Below, in pieces: positions 42,187 through 56,916 of a stretch of 64,000 nt of DNA. Source of the stretch: Octopus vulgaris (taxonomy: Eukaryota); NCBI GenBank assembly GCA_951406725.2, contig OX597830.1:23436001-23500000 (forward strand), in the 5' to 3' direction. How positions within the stretch are numbered: position 1 is the first letter of the stretch; every line of letters starts with the position of its first letter. The notes beneath the pieces are model-generated. The model saw nothing but the letters and a program-made list of their open reading frames with translations. It ran no database searches and had not been told where the DNA came from. Position numbers and translations under genes: made by a program.

Positions 42187-43632
42187 TGGGTGAAAAGTAA
42201 GTAGGCATTAAACATTGGTAATAAAACCGATATTCCTTTTACAAATTTATTGAAAGAAATGATACATGTTCTTTTTCTACATGGGAAAATAAAATAAAAG
42301 TAAATCTTCATATTTCAACGTAAGCACTGGTAGCATCAACCAGTTTCCTCAAACGGCCAGGGATGGAACGAACAATCTTCTAAAGGACATCGTCTGGGAT
42401 ATCATTGAGAACCTCTTGAATCCTTGTGTCCAAGTCCTCCAGTGTGCGAGGTTTTGTCTTGTGCACCGCTTTTGTGTAACCCCACAGGTAAAAATCACAT
42501 AGAGTGAGATCTTGGAGGCCGTTCATGAAGTCCAACGTCTTGGAAAATATTGGTCTCACCACGCACGCACAGTAAGAGTAAAATGGGGTGGTGCACCATC
42601 CTGCATCAATATCAGTTCACCAATGTTATCTCAGCCAGACACCGTGGGCCGCACGTCATTTTCGAGCATCTGAAGATTGCGGTCCGTGTCATGGTGTCAC
42701 GCGGAAGATATGGGCCGATGAATATTGTTGCCGTCATTCCGCACCACGCGAATACTTTTGGTCGAGCTTGCATCCTCTCAACCGTCATGTTTCCTTATCA
42801 AACGACGCCCAGTAATGGCAGTTGTAACGATTGATGAAACCACCAGCATGGAATACAGCCTCTTCATTCCAGAGGATATTTTCAAAGAATTCAGGCCAAA
42901 CTTCATGCCAACCTAGCATTAACCCTCCATATTCTATCCTTGCCTGTATCCCTGGAGATTACATCCAGAGATACAGGCATCCAACAACAGGACCTCCGTA
43001 ATGCTATGATGGACCGTGAAGTCTGGCGTAACATAGTAAATTACATTGTCTCGACCACGGTCGAACAATGATGATGATGATCTATCCTTCGGTCACAGTC
43101 TTCAGGTTTTAGCCCCTGCACATAATAGGGTTTCCACTGACGAAAATTCGATTCTTTATGCAACACCGTGCGTCTTAGTCCACTTTCACGTGCTGCTTAG
43201 CGTGTTGAGTTTTGTGGGCTGCGATTAAACATTTCCTGCACTGTTGCCACGTTCTCCGCTGTTCGGGATGTGGTTGGACGTCCACTTGTTGCATCGTTCA
43301 CAGAGTCCGTGGTCATCAGCTTTGCATGACAACTTTTTATTGTTTCCGTACGTAATGTTGCACGCTTACCTTTCTATGCACACCACTGTCTCTGAACCAA
43401 AACGATGGAATTCCACACTTCATAGCGTGCTGCTAACTTAGCTCGATCCTTAAGCAGTCAAGCGAGTGGCCATCTGGAAGATAATAAATAAGAAATAAAA
43501 AATAAGACAATAAGAAAATTAAAAAAATCCCCATTAGTGTTGTCTTTTAAAAGAATGTTTTCTTCATGACTTCAGTGATACTAAAAATTCTATAACCAAT
43601 TTCTAATGCCTAGTTACTTTCCACCCACCCTG
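42182..43632 (-). mobile_element. Full-length degenerate Tc1/mariner DNA transposon
   Basis: TIRs GAGAGTGGGTGAAAAGTAAGTAGGCATTA and TAATGCCTAGTTACTTTCCACCCACCCTG|TA. The minus strand carries QDGAPPH and DLTLCDFYLWGY..KTKPRTLEDL; transposase pseudogene at about 42320-43473. Confidence 0.88.
42942..43080 (+). mobile_element. Short RTE-like 3' end with (TGA)n tail nested in the mariner
   Basis: Translates as SRDTGIQQQDLRNAMMDREVWRNIV. TSD TCTATCCTT at 42933-42941 and 43081-43089. Confidence 0.8.
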
Positions 43633-43706
43633 TATATATGAATATGTATATGTGTATATAGTCATGGATAAACACACATGTTTCTGTGTTTGTATGTTTT
43701 TGCATG

Positions 43707-43748
<42 letters not shown>

Positions 43749-44004
43749 AATATGTATACGTATATATATTCATGGATACACACATATGTATGTGTTTGTT
43801 TGCTTTTTCATGTATATACACACACATATATATATATACGTATATATACATATATATGTGTATATATATATATATGTATATATATATATGTGTGTGTGTA
43901 TATCTATTGATATATATATATATATTTATATGTATGTATATATATATATGTATATATATATATGTGTATGTATATATATATATATATACATATACATACA
44001 CACG

Positions 44005-44036
<32 letters not shown>

Positions 44037-44584
44037 AATATATATAGTACTCCACAGGATACACTATAATTAGTTTCAGCGAGGTAATTTTCAGACGCAA
44101 GTCTGTAAGGTAAAAAAAAGACCTGAAGGAAAGCGCCTACCTGTAATAGACGATATCAAAGAAACGTAAGCAATCTTACCTCCTAGCATGTCCTCCGCTC
44201 TTGAACATTCTATATTGATCTCTCATTATGCAGTATAAAAATACGAAATTTCTTTGTGACTGGGTCTCAGCGGTTGCACATATGATTATATGGAAAGGAG
44301 AAACGCGCCAAGAATAGTCACTAATATAACCAGATCGAGCGAAACTATCCTTTGAGGAAAACCTATTTCGGAGTGTTCAAAACTGGCAACAAGCTTGTTG
44401 TAAGGTAAGAATACTCGCTGGTAAGGGGCCTAAATCATATAAGTACGTACAAGTACTCCACAGAGTACATCATGATGTGTGTTAGTTAACTTGTAAAGTA
44501 TGTATGTATGTATGTATGTATGTATGTATGTATGTATGTATGTATGTATGTATGTATGTATGTATGTATATTTCTATGTATGTA

Positions 44585-44793
44585 TGCAGATTTGTATGTT
44601 TTGCTTTATGTATGTATTCTCATGCATATAGTTGCATATCTAGACATGCTCATGTAAACCTAAATGATAAACTTCTGGAAAGTTTTACAGATTTTTACAG
44701 CTCCAGTGATGGCTTAGATCTGAAGTCTTCGAATCAGCTTTCTGCTTTCTGGTTTTGAGAAACCTAATTTCTCAAGATTGCTATTTAGGCAGT
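44585..44793 (-). mobile_element. 3' fragment of the (CATA)n-embedded RLE-type LINE
   Basis: Minus strand reads CLNSNLEKLGFSKPESRKLIRRLQI*AITGAVKICKTFQKFII*; (TATG)n on both sides. Confidence 0.75.
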
Positions 44794-44889
44794 ATGTATG
44801 TATGTATGTATGTATGTATGTATGTATGTATGTATGTATGTATGTATGTATGTATGTATGTATGTATGTATGTGTGTGTGTGTGTGTGC

Positions 44890-45105
44890 TGAATGGTCAG
44901 TGTGTTACACTCGTGATCGTAAAATTGTGAATTCGATTCCTGGACTGAACGATGCGTTGTTCTCTCGAGTAAAACGTGTGACCCCAAACCACACAGCGGC
45001 CAAAAACGAGTAATCCTGCAACGGACCGGCTTTCCGTCCAGGGAAGAAATATGTACGCCACAGACTCCGGGAAACCAGCCCCATGAGTGTATGGCACGCA
45101 AAGGG
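44890..45105 (+). mobile_element. Degenerate family C / V-like SINE (duplicated at 52690-52845)
   Basis: ATTCGATTCC B-box-like motif; AATCCTGCAACGGACCGGC..CCGTCCAGGG. Confidence 0.7.
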
Positions 45106-45149
45106 CCTTTATCCTTTCTTTATTTTTGTGTGTATCTGAACGTTCTCTT

Positions 45150-45385
45150 CTATTTATATTTATTCGAAATCTCCCTGCAAGGATGGACCTGGTTTCTAAA
45201 AACCATTGCCGGAATGTAAATAAAGAAAACGAAATTCACATTTTGAACTTGAGGTAAGTCTTGCATATCTTCATTGTTCCACTTACAAAGTGTATCTGTA
45301 ATGTACGAGATATCTGGTCGACTCCTTTTTCTGAAAATCGCGACTCATTCATACTATCGCTTAGCCATTGACTAAGTGCACCATT
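45150..45385 (-). mobile_element. 3' fragment of a related RLE-type LINE sublineage
   Basis: The end of ORF 45236-45601 reads RTLQIHFVSGTMKICKTYLKFKM*; similar to 55262-55505. Confidence 0.65.
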
Positions 45386-46099
45386 TATGTACGTATGCGT
45401 GTAAGGATGTATAAAAGTACGGATGTATGCCTGAATATAGTCAGGAATGTAAGTCCTTCTGCCCGTCTGTCTGTCTATATGTAAGCATGTATTAATATAT
45501 GCATGTGTTAATGTGTGCATGTATGCACCAATGAATGTCTGAAGGTATGTGCGTAAGAATGTATTTCTATAAGCATGTACGTATGGGGCGTATGCAGTCA
45601 TCTACTTGTCAGCCTGTTTGTCTACACACACACACAAACAAACACACACACACACACACACACACATACATACACACACACACAAACAAACACACAAACA
45701 CAAACATACACACATATATATATGTATGTATACATATATACACTAGTGGCGTCACTATTATTGATGTCATTCAGTACGGCAACCCATGGTGTCACCCTCA
45801 GGGACGCCCTTCTCTACCACACTACACAGAATCCTTACCAAAGTTATTTGGTATAATATTACAGTTAAATCATAAATCATGTTTATCCCACAATGTACTA
45901 GAAAAAAAAGTCGCTTAAAACCTCGAACAAAATTTTAATTAACTATTTAATTTACAAGTTACATATGGTTGAAATTTAGAACTAAACTTTTTCAGTTAGA
46001 CACACACACACATAGACACACATATAGATATACAAACATACATACATACATACATACATGCATATAAATATCTATCTGTCTGTCTGTTTGTATGTCTGC

Positions 46100-46189
<90 letters not shown>

Positions 46190-46985
46190 CTCTTTTACTC
46201 GTTTACTTGCTTCAGTCATTTGACTGCGGCCATGCTGGAGCACCGTATTTAGTCGAGCAGGACTTATTCTTTCTCGGTGGAATTTTACCTCAGAGCACAA
46301 AGACAGACGAAATACCTATTTCTTTACAACCGACAAGGGGCTAAACACAGAGGAGACTAACAAGGACAGACAGACGGATTAAGTCGATTATATCGACCCC
46401 AGTGCGTAACTGGTACTTAATTTATCGATCCCGAAGAGATGAAAGGCAAAGTCGACCTCGGCGGATTTTGAATTCAGAACATAAAGACAGACAAAATACC
46501 GCTAAGAATTTCGCCCGACGTGCCAACGTTTCTTAATTCGTTATTGCCCACAAGGGGCTAAACATAGAGGGAACAAACAAGGACAGACAAAGAAATTAAG
46601 TCGATTTCATCGACCCCAGCGCATAACTGGTACTTTATTTATCGACCACGAAAAGATGAAAAGCAAAGTCGCCCTCGGCGGAATTTGAACTCAGAACATA
46701 AGGACAGACGAAATACCGCTGAGCATTTCGCCCGGCCTGCTAACAATTCTGCCAGCTCACAGCCTTTATCATCATAATAATCATATTGACTTCAAATTTT
46801 GGCACGAGGCCAGCAATTTCGAAGGAGCATTATATCGACCTCAGAACTCAACTTTTACTTATTTTATCGACTCTGATAGGATGAAAGTCAACCTCGGTGG
46901 AATTTGAACTCAGTACGTAAAGTCGGACGAAATGCTGCTAAGCATTTTGCCCGGCGTGCTAACGATTCTGCCAGCTTGTCGCCTT
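46190..46985 (-). mobile_element. Family B 3' end plus a cluster of family A SINE units
   Basis: Family consensus segments. Confidence 0.85.
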
Positions 46986-47013
46986 TTATCGTCATCTTCA
47001 TAATAATAACGAT

Positions 47014-47119
<106 letters not shown>

Positions 47120-47644
47120 GTAATACCACATGGCTTCTTATCTTAACTGACTGGAAGTGTTATCATGAACATGTTTTGTCTTGGTAAAAAGGCTGGGCTA
47201 CAGCAAATATTCTGCTCAATACCGCAGATTTGCTTGTCAGTTGCTTGACCTTAATCATGTCCCTTGGTGGCTGACGACATGTGCACCTCTGATCACGAGT
47301 AGAAGTAGGAGAGGAGCATTATAACCATGTGTTAAGAAGAACTCTTTGGAGTTTGAAAAATTTACCTTTGGAAACGTGGGTGTTTCGTTCAACATCCTTA
47401 AACAACCCTTATTCAGGGACCTTTCGAGTGGGACGGGCTACTCGACCTGACAAAAATTCCAACTGGGCCCCACCTGCAAGGTCATGCGCCGTTTATCTTG
47501 ATATGAGATCACCATGTCGGGCACATATGGTTGTGATGCATGTGCCTGATGTACTCTTATCAGACGAGTAATCATGATGGGTATATTGGCTTCGTATATT
47601 TGTTACTCAGTGTCACTTTGATGGCATACGCTGCTCTCTCACTC

Positions 47645-47645
<1 letters not shown>
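47120..47645. mobile_element. Unclassified repeat (uninterrupted copy of 12392-13250) between (TAA)n tracts
   Basis: (TAA)n at 47015-47118 and 47645-47738. Confidence 0.85.
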
Positions 47646-47710
<65 letters not shown>

Positions 47711-47789
47711 TATAATAATAATAATAATAATAATAATATAAGCTTGCCAATTCGCAAAGGAACTTGGCATTCATTCTGAATTATTTGAA

Positions 47790-48530
47790 GAACCTGAAAC
47801 CACTGCTACAAAACGGTTCTGACCCTAAATGCAGATTCTGCGACACATTTGACGAAACAATAGACCATCTCTATAAAAATTGCCACGATACGATAGGACA
47901 GTATTTATACTGGAAAATATGTAAAATCTACAAAATCAGCAGTCTTGCTTACTGGTATGAATATCATCTTGAGCCTGTCATTGAAGGTAAAAATATTACT
48001 ATCCTCTGAGATTTTCCAGTCAACACTGACAGAACGATCCAAGATAATCGACCAGACATAATTATTAAAGACAGGGAAGAAAATACTTGTAGACTTATTG
48101 ATGTAAGTGTTCTCACTGATAAAAATATGTCAAGGAATTTGACAAACTAAGTAAATATAAGGACCTGGAAATTGAAATACAAAAGATGTCGCATCTTAAA
48201 ACGAGAACTGTTCCTGTTATTGTGGGTGCCAAAGGTATGATTAAAAAGTAATGTCAGAAATATCTAGATAAGATTCCAGGGGAACCATGTCTTAGAAAAA
48301 TCCAGAAGATTGTTCTGACCAGTACTGTCCACATCCTTAGAAAAACCCTATCCATTTAAATGTCTGTATTGTATTACATGAAATTATTTAGTTACTTCCC
48401 CGCCCCAAACATTCAATGACACTGTAACATCTTTTATCTTTCACTCGCCCCAGGACACTGGGTGTGTCTCAGAAAATGACTGTAACAAATATAAAGATTA
48501 AAAGTAAAAAACAATAATGATAATAATAAT
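47790..48530 (+). mobile_element. 5'-truncated R4/Dong-type LINE (zinc knuckle and RLE), degenerate
   Basis: Translates as DPKCRFCDTFDETIDHL, NRPDIII, KLSKYKDLEIEI, KIVLTSTVHILRKTLSI*. (TAA)n upstream and a TAA-like tail. Confidence 0.88.
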
Positions 48531-48712
48531 ATAAATATAAATATGATAAATTCATAATGGTTATATAGATTTAGAGGACATGGAGAGGATTTCTTAAGAG
48601 CAAATTTCTCTAACAAGATTAAAAAACAAAAACATCTACACATTTTTGGTTACTGGAATGTGGAGATGTGCTTCACGAAGACACTGCTTGGATAATAGCC
48701 TTTTCTATAGAC

Positions 48713-48761
<49 letters not shown>

Positions 48762-49130
48762 TGGTATTCATATAGATACCTATTTGAGGTTTAGTATGAA
48801 ATTAGTTAATGAATACGAAATTCGCAGACTCTGCCAGAAACCTAAGAAATCAATAGGAAAGAGGTAATCGAAAAATAACAAAAATATCACCGCCTCCACC
48901 ACCACCACCACCACCACCACCACCACCACCACCACCACCACCACCACCACCACCATCATCATCATCAGCAGCAGCAGCAGCAACAACAACAACAACAACA
49001 TTAACAAATGTGGTGTAATAGTTGTAATCCGTGCCTTACTTCTCGCATATTTAATTAGTACTATCTCCTCCAGCCGCACACATACTTACAGAGGTGTGTA
49101 TGTAATTATGTTCATATGCATATATATACA

Positions 49131-49610
49131 CTAGCAGCTAAGCCCGGTTTCACCCGGTCTCTTTGGATGATGTGGCTGTGATCGTTTTCGGTTAGGCATA
49201 CTCTACAACAGCGTTTCTCAACCTTATCATTTCCTGTCTCCTGTTTCGATTGGAGCCTCCAGCTGTATGGAAATTTCCTGACCCCATCCCTTGTCAGAAA
49301 ACAGCGTCAGGAGCTGTGAAGAACGAATTTGTACGTAGTCTGTTTCTGAGAGCTATTCTATTGGACCTCTGGCTAATCATTAAAACATTGATTTAATTAT
49401 AAATCTCTGAACGAGGTATAAACAGTATTTACTGATAGGGCACAGAAAGTGTGTCAATAGCCAGCTAGAGAAGATGTTCTCCTGGGGCTACAAGCTACAG
49501 TAGCATCCAACCCTTAGTTGTTAGCCACATTTAAGTGGTAAATATACTTCACATTGATTTAATTATGAACATAGAAAGAAATTATACATTAATCCCTCCC
49601 TATTTTTATA
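49131..49610 (-). mobile_element. Helitron-like fragment (3' end at 49131)
   Basis: Minus strand ends CCGGGTGAAACCGGG-CTTAGCTG-CTAG|T. The upstream extent is uncertain. Confidence 0.5.
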
Positions 49611-50353
49611 AGCAGTTGTATCCGTAAAAATTTTATTTGCAGAGAGCAGAAATTTAAAGAAGATATATGAAATGGACGTGTGTGCGTATATTTCGATAAT
49701 TGATTTATGAAAATTATGTTAAATTTTTGAAATGCAAATATGTGGATGAAAATTAAATTCAGACCTCTACATGGTAGTTAGACCTGGCAGAAATAGCAGC
49801 CAAATCTCCCTCAAAACACCATACTGTCTTCATCTGACAATTCTGCCTATTATGTAGTTTGAATGAGAAACTGTAACTAAAGATTAAGATTATTAACTCC
49901 ACAAAGAGGTGAAAGAAGAGAGACAGCATAGCGAAAGTTTTAGAGAACTGTCATCCTGTACTCCCCTTGTTGCTAGCGAAATGGTATATGCCGGTTGTGT
50001 GAGCAATTGGTTGTTTTAATGGCGGAACAAAGAGGGTTATTCCATTAGAAAAAGCTTTAATCGATTTTCTCGGTAACTATGGGGCCAAGAAAAAATAAAA
50101 ACCACATTCCAATCTATGCACCCGTCTCACATGTGTGCCATTTTTTACGCGAACCCACCCAGCCGTTTGGCTGTGAACCTCAAGACAAGAAACAACGATC
50201 GCCCATGTCCAATTTATATTATAGATTATATGTATATATATATATATATCTGTCTGTCAATCCGTTCGTACATCTGTCTGTCTTTTTGTCCGTCTGTGTC
50301 TGATTGTCTGTTTGCCGGCCTCTCTCTCTCTGACTATCCGTCTGTCCGTCTGC

Positions 50354-50421
<68 letters not shown>

Positions 50422-50591
50422 ATATCTACCTATCTATCAAATCCATTTTCTATGCTTACATACACAAATAACCAAGATAGAGGCACGACACGCGCACACA
50501 CAAACACATGTATATACGCACATACACATATATACATATATGTATATGTATGCATATACATACATACATACATACATACATACATACATAC

Positions 50592-50630
<39 letters not shown>

Positions 50631-50656
50631 GTATATACATACATACACACACACAC

Positions 50657-50687
<31 letters not shown>

Positions 50688-50870
50688 CACACATATATGC
50701 ATACATATAGATAAGTATACACATATATATATATGTATATATGCACACAGACCAACACTTAATAGCTATGCATACATCTATACGAGGTTTGTTATAAGCA
50801 ATATATTGAAAATAAAATATATTGTTCAGATTCACATATATACACATATACAGACATTCCGGCAGACACA

Positions 50871-50926
<56 letters not shown>

Positions 50927-51309
50927 TATATACGTGTATACATACATAAATATATATATAGACTTACATATGTACACACACAAACAAACAAACACACATA
51001 TATAAATGATAAGTAAATGTACACAAATACACATAGCCAAAGATGCGTATGTAGATGTCAATATATATATACATACATGAATACACATATGTATATACAT
51101 ATATATAACTAGTATGTATGGATTTTTGATATATTCCACTGTGAAAGGTAAATTAAAGTAGAGTTGAAAATCATGTTAGATCGTAAAGAAAGATTTGGAT
51201 TTTAAAATATTTTTATCCTTGCTTTATTATATTCTATTTATCTAAGTATGTCTGTCGATATGTGTGTGTATATATGTGCGCATGTGTGTATGTCGCGTAA
51301 TTGTGTATC

Positions 51310-51368
<59 letters not shown>

Positions 51369-52611
51369 GTGTGTGTGTGTGTGAGCATGTGTGTGCGTGC
51401 GTGTATGTGTGTGTATGCATGTCCATATGTGTATATATATACATATATATAAGTATATATATATGTATATATATTTATGTATGTATATATGTGTGTATAT
51501 AAATATATAATAGATAATATATATAATATATATATATATAATACATATATACATGTGTGTGTATATAATATATATAATACATATATATGTGTGTGTATAT
51601 AATATATATAATACATATATATATGTGTGTGTATACACACAAACACACGCACACACATATACACACATACGTATGTAGGTATCCATATGTGCATATGTAC
51701 GTATGAATGTATTCGCGCGTACGTTTGTGTGCGTGCGTGTGTTTGTGTGTGTTAATGTGTTTGACTGTATCCATGCATGTTTGTATGTACATATATCTAT
51801 GCATGTTTATTCTAGCTTTCTATTTCAAATTTCTCACCACTAATGCAGTCAAAGCTTATTTTTTTATCCAGAAAGAAGATCTACTATTGAAGATCTAGTG
51901 TTGCAATGTGGTAAACTGTTCAAGTTTGCTTTGGCACATTTACAGTCCAAGCAGTTTTCCGTGCACCACTTCTCGATAAGTTCTCTGGATACCGAGAACA
52001 TCTGAAATTAGTACGGAAAATAGTTACAATCTCTAGTACTCCGACTCAGGCAGAATTCTGTAAGATTGCAATCTGTGTTTGTCTGTTGGTCAACCAGATT
52101 CTTGCTTGATATACCACATATCGTGCGCGTGTTGGTGTAGAACATTAATGGTGGATGGCCGTTAACCTCTCGCTCGCTGTCTTTTTACAAATGAATTTTC
52201 CATTCATAAGTCTTTCGACGAAGCCCAATGGACTGGTTTTGTGATATTCAATGACTCTAAGCAGCTTGTTGAAAGGGTCGTCATCAGTGGCCAATTACTA
52301 AAACGAAATATAAAAGAAAGTCTCTGTGACGTCTTCTTATAAGTACTAGGCCTGCTAAAACAACCTCTTGGCTAAGATCTGAAGTCTTCGAATCAGCTCT
52401 CTGCTTTTTGATTTTGAGAAACCTAATTTCTCAAGATTGCTATTTAGGCAGTGTGTATGTATATATGTATGCATGTATGTATGTATGTATGTATGTATGT
52501 ATGTATGTATGTATGTATGCATGCATGCATGTATGTATGTATGTATGTATGTATGTATGTATGTATGTATGTATGTATGTATGTATGTATGTATGCATGC
52601 ATGTATGTGTG

Positions 52612-52643
<32 letters not shown>

Positions 52644-52889
52644 TGTATGTATGTATGTATGTATGTATGTATGTATGTATGTGTGTGTGTGCTAAATGGT
52701 CAGGGTGTTAGACTCGTGATCGTAAAATTGTGAATTCGATTCCTGGACTGAACGATGCGTTGTTCTCTCGAGTAAAACGTTTCATTTAACGTGTGACCCC
52801 CAAACCACACAGCGGCCAAAAACGAGTAATCCGGCAACGGACAGGCTACTAACGAATTGGGTTTTGTCGCAATAGGAAATTACGCGCAC

Positions 52890-53073
52890 GCGTGACTGTG
52901 TGGTAAGAAGCTTGCTTCTCAACTACATGGTTCCGGGTTCAGTCTCACTGCGTGGCACTTTGGGAAAGTGTCCTCTACTATAGCCTCGGGCCGACAAAAG
53001 CCTTCTGAATGGATTTGGTAGACGGAAACTGAAAGAAGTCCGTCGTATAAATATATCTGTATCTATATCTATG

Positions 53074-53160
<87 letters not shown>

Positions 53161-53186
53161 GTCTGTCTGTCTGTCTGTCTGTCTGC

Positions 53187-53274
<88 letters not shown>

Positions 53275-53710
53275 ATCGTTGCTATTATGTTAAACTGTCT
53301 TATGTCCAAATGCGTTGTTTGTAATATTTAGTTTGCTTACAAAAGCCGGTTATTTTGGTTAAACTATCGTATCTCCAGCTGCTTCAAGTGCCAAGATATC
53401 AAAAATTGCCAATGTGTAGTACAACGGATTTGCTATAGAATGGTAAAACTATTTTTTGTTTTATGAAAAAGCAACGTTTTGGACTTACGACACTTTTGCA
53501 TAATAGCAACGGTAAGTATGTCTTTGTGTCTGTATTTGTACCCCCACTCCACCGCTCGACAACCAGTGCTGGTATGAACTTTTTTGATAAAATAAGTACA
53601 AGGCTTAAGAAATAGCCTTGGGGGTAGATTTACTCGACTATAACCCTTCAAAATGGTGCTCCAGCATGGTCGCAGTCAAATGACTGAAACAAGTGAAAGA
53701 GGAAAAGAAT
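52890..53710 (+). mobile_element. Family B SINE split by (TATC)n and about 240 bp of extra sequence
   Basis: 5' half at 52890-53046 and 3' half at about 53520-53710. Confidence 0.75.
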
Positions 53711-53989
53711 AATACCAGTACCCCCAGACTTTCGCAAAGGCATAATTGTACTAATACCAGTAATTCTTGCCCATTCCAGATGTCACTCTAACATCAGTCA
53801 ATGAGAAGGTGTCTGCTCGGATGACTTCTATATTCATTTCAATGGCCTCGTACCATCTTCATTTGTTTCTTACTTAAAATAAGAATAAAAGCTTTGTTTC
53901 ATTCATAACCCTATTTTCTATTTTTTTGCAAGAAAAGCGGCATTCTTCTCTTTGTCATCCTCTGGGCAAGCATTCACACGTTACATCTT

Positions 53990-54430
53990 AAGAAGGCCTT
54001 CCGGGGTTTTATTATGATCATTTGCAATGTATATATTATGTAGGTACATTTTCTCCAAGAATCTAATATCAGTTATACTTTGATCCTCGCATGCTAATAT
54101 TATATCTTATCCTTTTCCCTAATAATAAGTATAAGCTGAAAGCATATTCAGGGTACTGAAGTTTAAAACTCTTCGTCACTCGTCCATAACTGATTTCTTT
54201 TCCTTTACGTTTTCTTACCACATCACTGTTCAACGGCAAAGCCTTCTTTCTCCTTTCGTGGTTCCAAGCGATAATATCAGGTCGATGGTCGTTTAATTCA
54301 GTTGCTCTTTTGATGTACCCGTTTTAATATATTCTTTCTTTACTTTATAAGTCCTTACTTTTTCATTTCGCTACTTTTTTCCTACTTCTACCACCATTTT
54401 TACTTTTTCCCTTAGTTCAGATTGTTCTGG
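53990..54430 (-). mobile_element. Degenerate RLE-domain fragment of the (CATA)-associated LINE
   Basis: Minus strand reads LNDHRPDIIAWNH...EISYGRVTKSFKLQYPEY; it abuts the (TATG)-rich block. Confidence 0.55.
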
Positions 54431-54439
54431 ATCACAACA

Positions 54440-55731
54440 TATATGTAAATACGCATGCGTGCCAAGCCTGTATGTATGTATGTACGTATGCATGTATGTA
54501 TGTATGTATGTATGTATGTATGTATGTATGTATGTATGCATGCATACATACATGTATATATGTATGCATACATACATGTATATATGTATGTATGCATGCA
54601 TGTATGTATGCATGTATGTATATATGTATGTGCGTTTGTATATGTGCATGTATATGTATGTATATGCAAATACGCATGCATACATGTATGTATTTGTGCA
54701 TGTATACATGTGTATATATGTATGTATTATGTATGAATGTATGCATGTATGCATGTATATGCGTGTATGCATGTAGGTGTATATGTATGTATATATGTGT
54801 GTGTATATGTGTATGTATGTGTGTATGCATGTATGTAAATATGTAAGTTTGCATGTATGTATGTACGTATGTATGTATGTATGTGTGTTTATATGTGCAT
54901 GTATGTATGCATGCAAAGCATACATGCGTCCGTGTGCGTATGTATGTATATATGTATGCGTGCTTGCCTGTATGTATGTACGTGTGTGTATGCATATGTG
55001 CATGTGTATGTATGTATAAATACGCATGCGTACATGTATGTGTGCATGTATGTATGTGTGTATGTATGTATGTATGTATGTGAGTGTATACATGCATGCA
55101 TGTACTTGTGCAGGTATGTGTGTGCATGCATGTAAGTGTGTATGCATGTATGTCTGTATGTATGCATGTATATGTATGTATGCACTTATATATCCATGAG
55201 TGCTTTCTTGCGTCCATGCACGCATATATGTATGCATGTATGCATGTGTAATTCTATGTACGTTCTACTCTGCTTTTTATCATTTGAAGTCTTTCTGTTA
55301 GGAAAGAGTTGGTTTCTAAAAGATATACAAAGCTCTATCGTTTGAAGATGGATGACAAAAATAAATTCACATTTTGAACTTGAGAAAGGTGTTGCATATT
55401 TTTACAGTTCCGCTAACAGGTTGTAATTCTAATGTGTCTGCTTTAATTTCTTTTCCTAAAACAGAAGCTTTTCTGGATTATCACTTAGGCATTTACTAAC
55501 AAAACCAAATTTATGCATGTTTGTATGTATGTATGTCATTATTCGGACTTATTTCAAGATTCCTTGGAATAGAGAAAGAGCTGGTTTCTAACCTTGATCC
55601 AAGGCTCCTTTGTTGAAATTTCAACAATACTGACATGGTATATTTGTATGTATGTATGTATGTATGTATGTATGTATGTATGTATGTATGTATGTATGTA
55701 TGTATGTATGTATGTGTGTATGTATGTATCT

Positions 55732-55789
<58 letters not shown>

Positions 55790-56024
55790 GTATGTATGTA
55801 TATATGTGTGCAGATTTGTATGTTTTGTTTTATGTATGGATTCTCGTGCATATAGTTGCATATCTAGACATGCTCATATATATTTAAATGATAAACTTCT
55901 GGAAAGTTTTACAGATTTTTACAGTTCTAGTGATAGATTGTATCTGTAGTCTTTGGATTAGCTTTCTCCCTTCTGGTTTTGAGAAGCCTAATTTCTCAAG
56001 ATTGGTATTTAGGCAACGTGTTAC

Positions 56025-56055
<31 letters not shown>

Positions 56056-56793
56056 TGTATGTATGTATGTATGTATGTATGTATGTATGTATGTATGTGT
56101 GTGTGTGTGTGTGCATGTATATATGTATTATGTATGTATACATGTATATATGTTTTGTTTTGTCTGTCTTCTCATGCATATACTTGTATATCTAGACATG
56201 CTCATATATACTTAAATGATCACCTTCTGAGAGGTTTTACAGATTTTTACAGTTCCAGTAATGGCTTGGACCTGTAGTCTTCGAATCAGCTTTCACCTTT
56301 CTGGTTTTGAGATGTCAGGTTTCTCAAGATTGGTATGTAGGCAGTATGTATGTATGTATGTATGTATGTATGTATGTATGTATGTATGTATGTATGTATG
56401 TATGTATGTATGTATGTATGTATGTATGTATGTATGTATGTATGTATGTATGTATGTATGTATTTATGTATGTATGTATGTATTTATGCTTGCATGTATG
56501 TATGTATGTATGTATGTATGTATGCATGTATTTATGTATGTATGTATGTATGCTTGCGTGTATGTATGTATGTATGTATGTATGTATGCATGTATGTATG
56601 TATGTATGTATGTATGTATGCATGTATATAAGTATGTATGTATGTATGTATGCTTGCATGTATGTATGTATGTATGTATGCATGTATGTATGTACGTATG
56701 TATGCATGTATATAAGTATGTATGTATGTATGTATGCATGTATGTATGTATGTATGTATGTATGCTTGCATGTATGTATGTACACATGCATAC

Positions 56794-56824
<31 letters not shown>

Positions 56825-56916
56825 CATGCATACATATAAGTATGTATGTATGTACGTATGTATGCATGCATGCATATGCATATAAGTATGTATGTATGTA
56901 TGCATGTATGTATGTA
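54440..56916. repeat. Large degenerate (TATG)n array with embedded LINE 3' fragments
   Basis: Directly visible. Inserts at 55262-55505, 55537-55632, 55808-56020 and 56150-56343. Confidence 0.9.
55808..56343 (-). mobile_element. Two more 3' fragments of the (CATA)n-embedded RLE-type LINE
   Basis: 56028 to 55884 reads YVTRCLNTNLEKLGFSKPEGRKLIQRLQIQSITRTVKICKTFQKFII*. The second copy is at 56150-56343. Confidence 0.78.
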
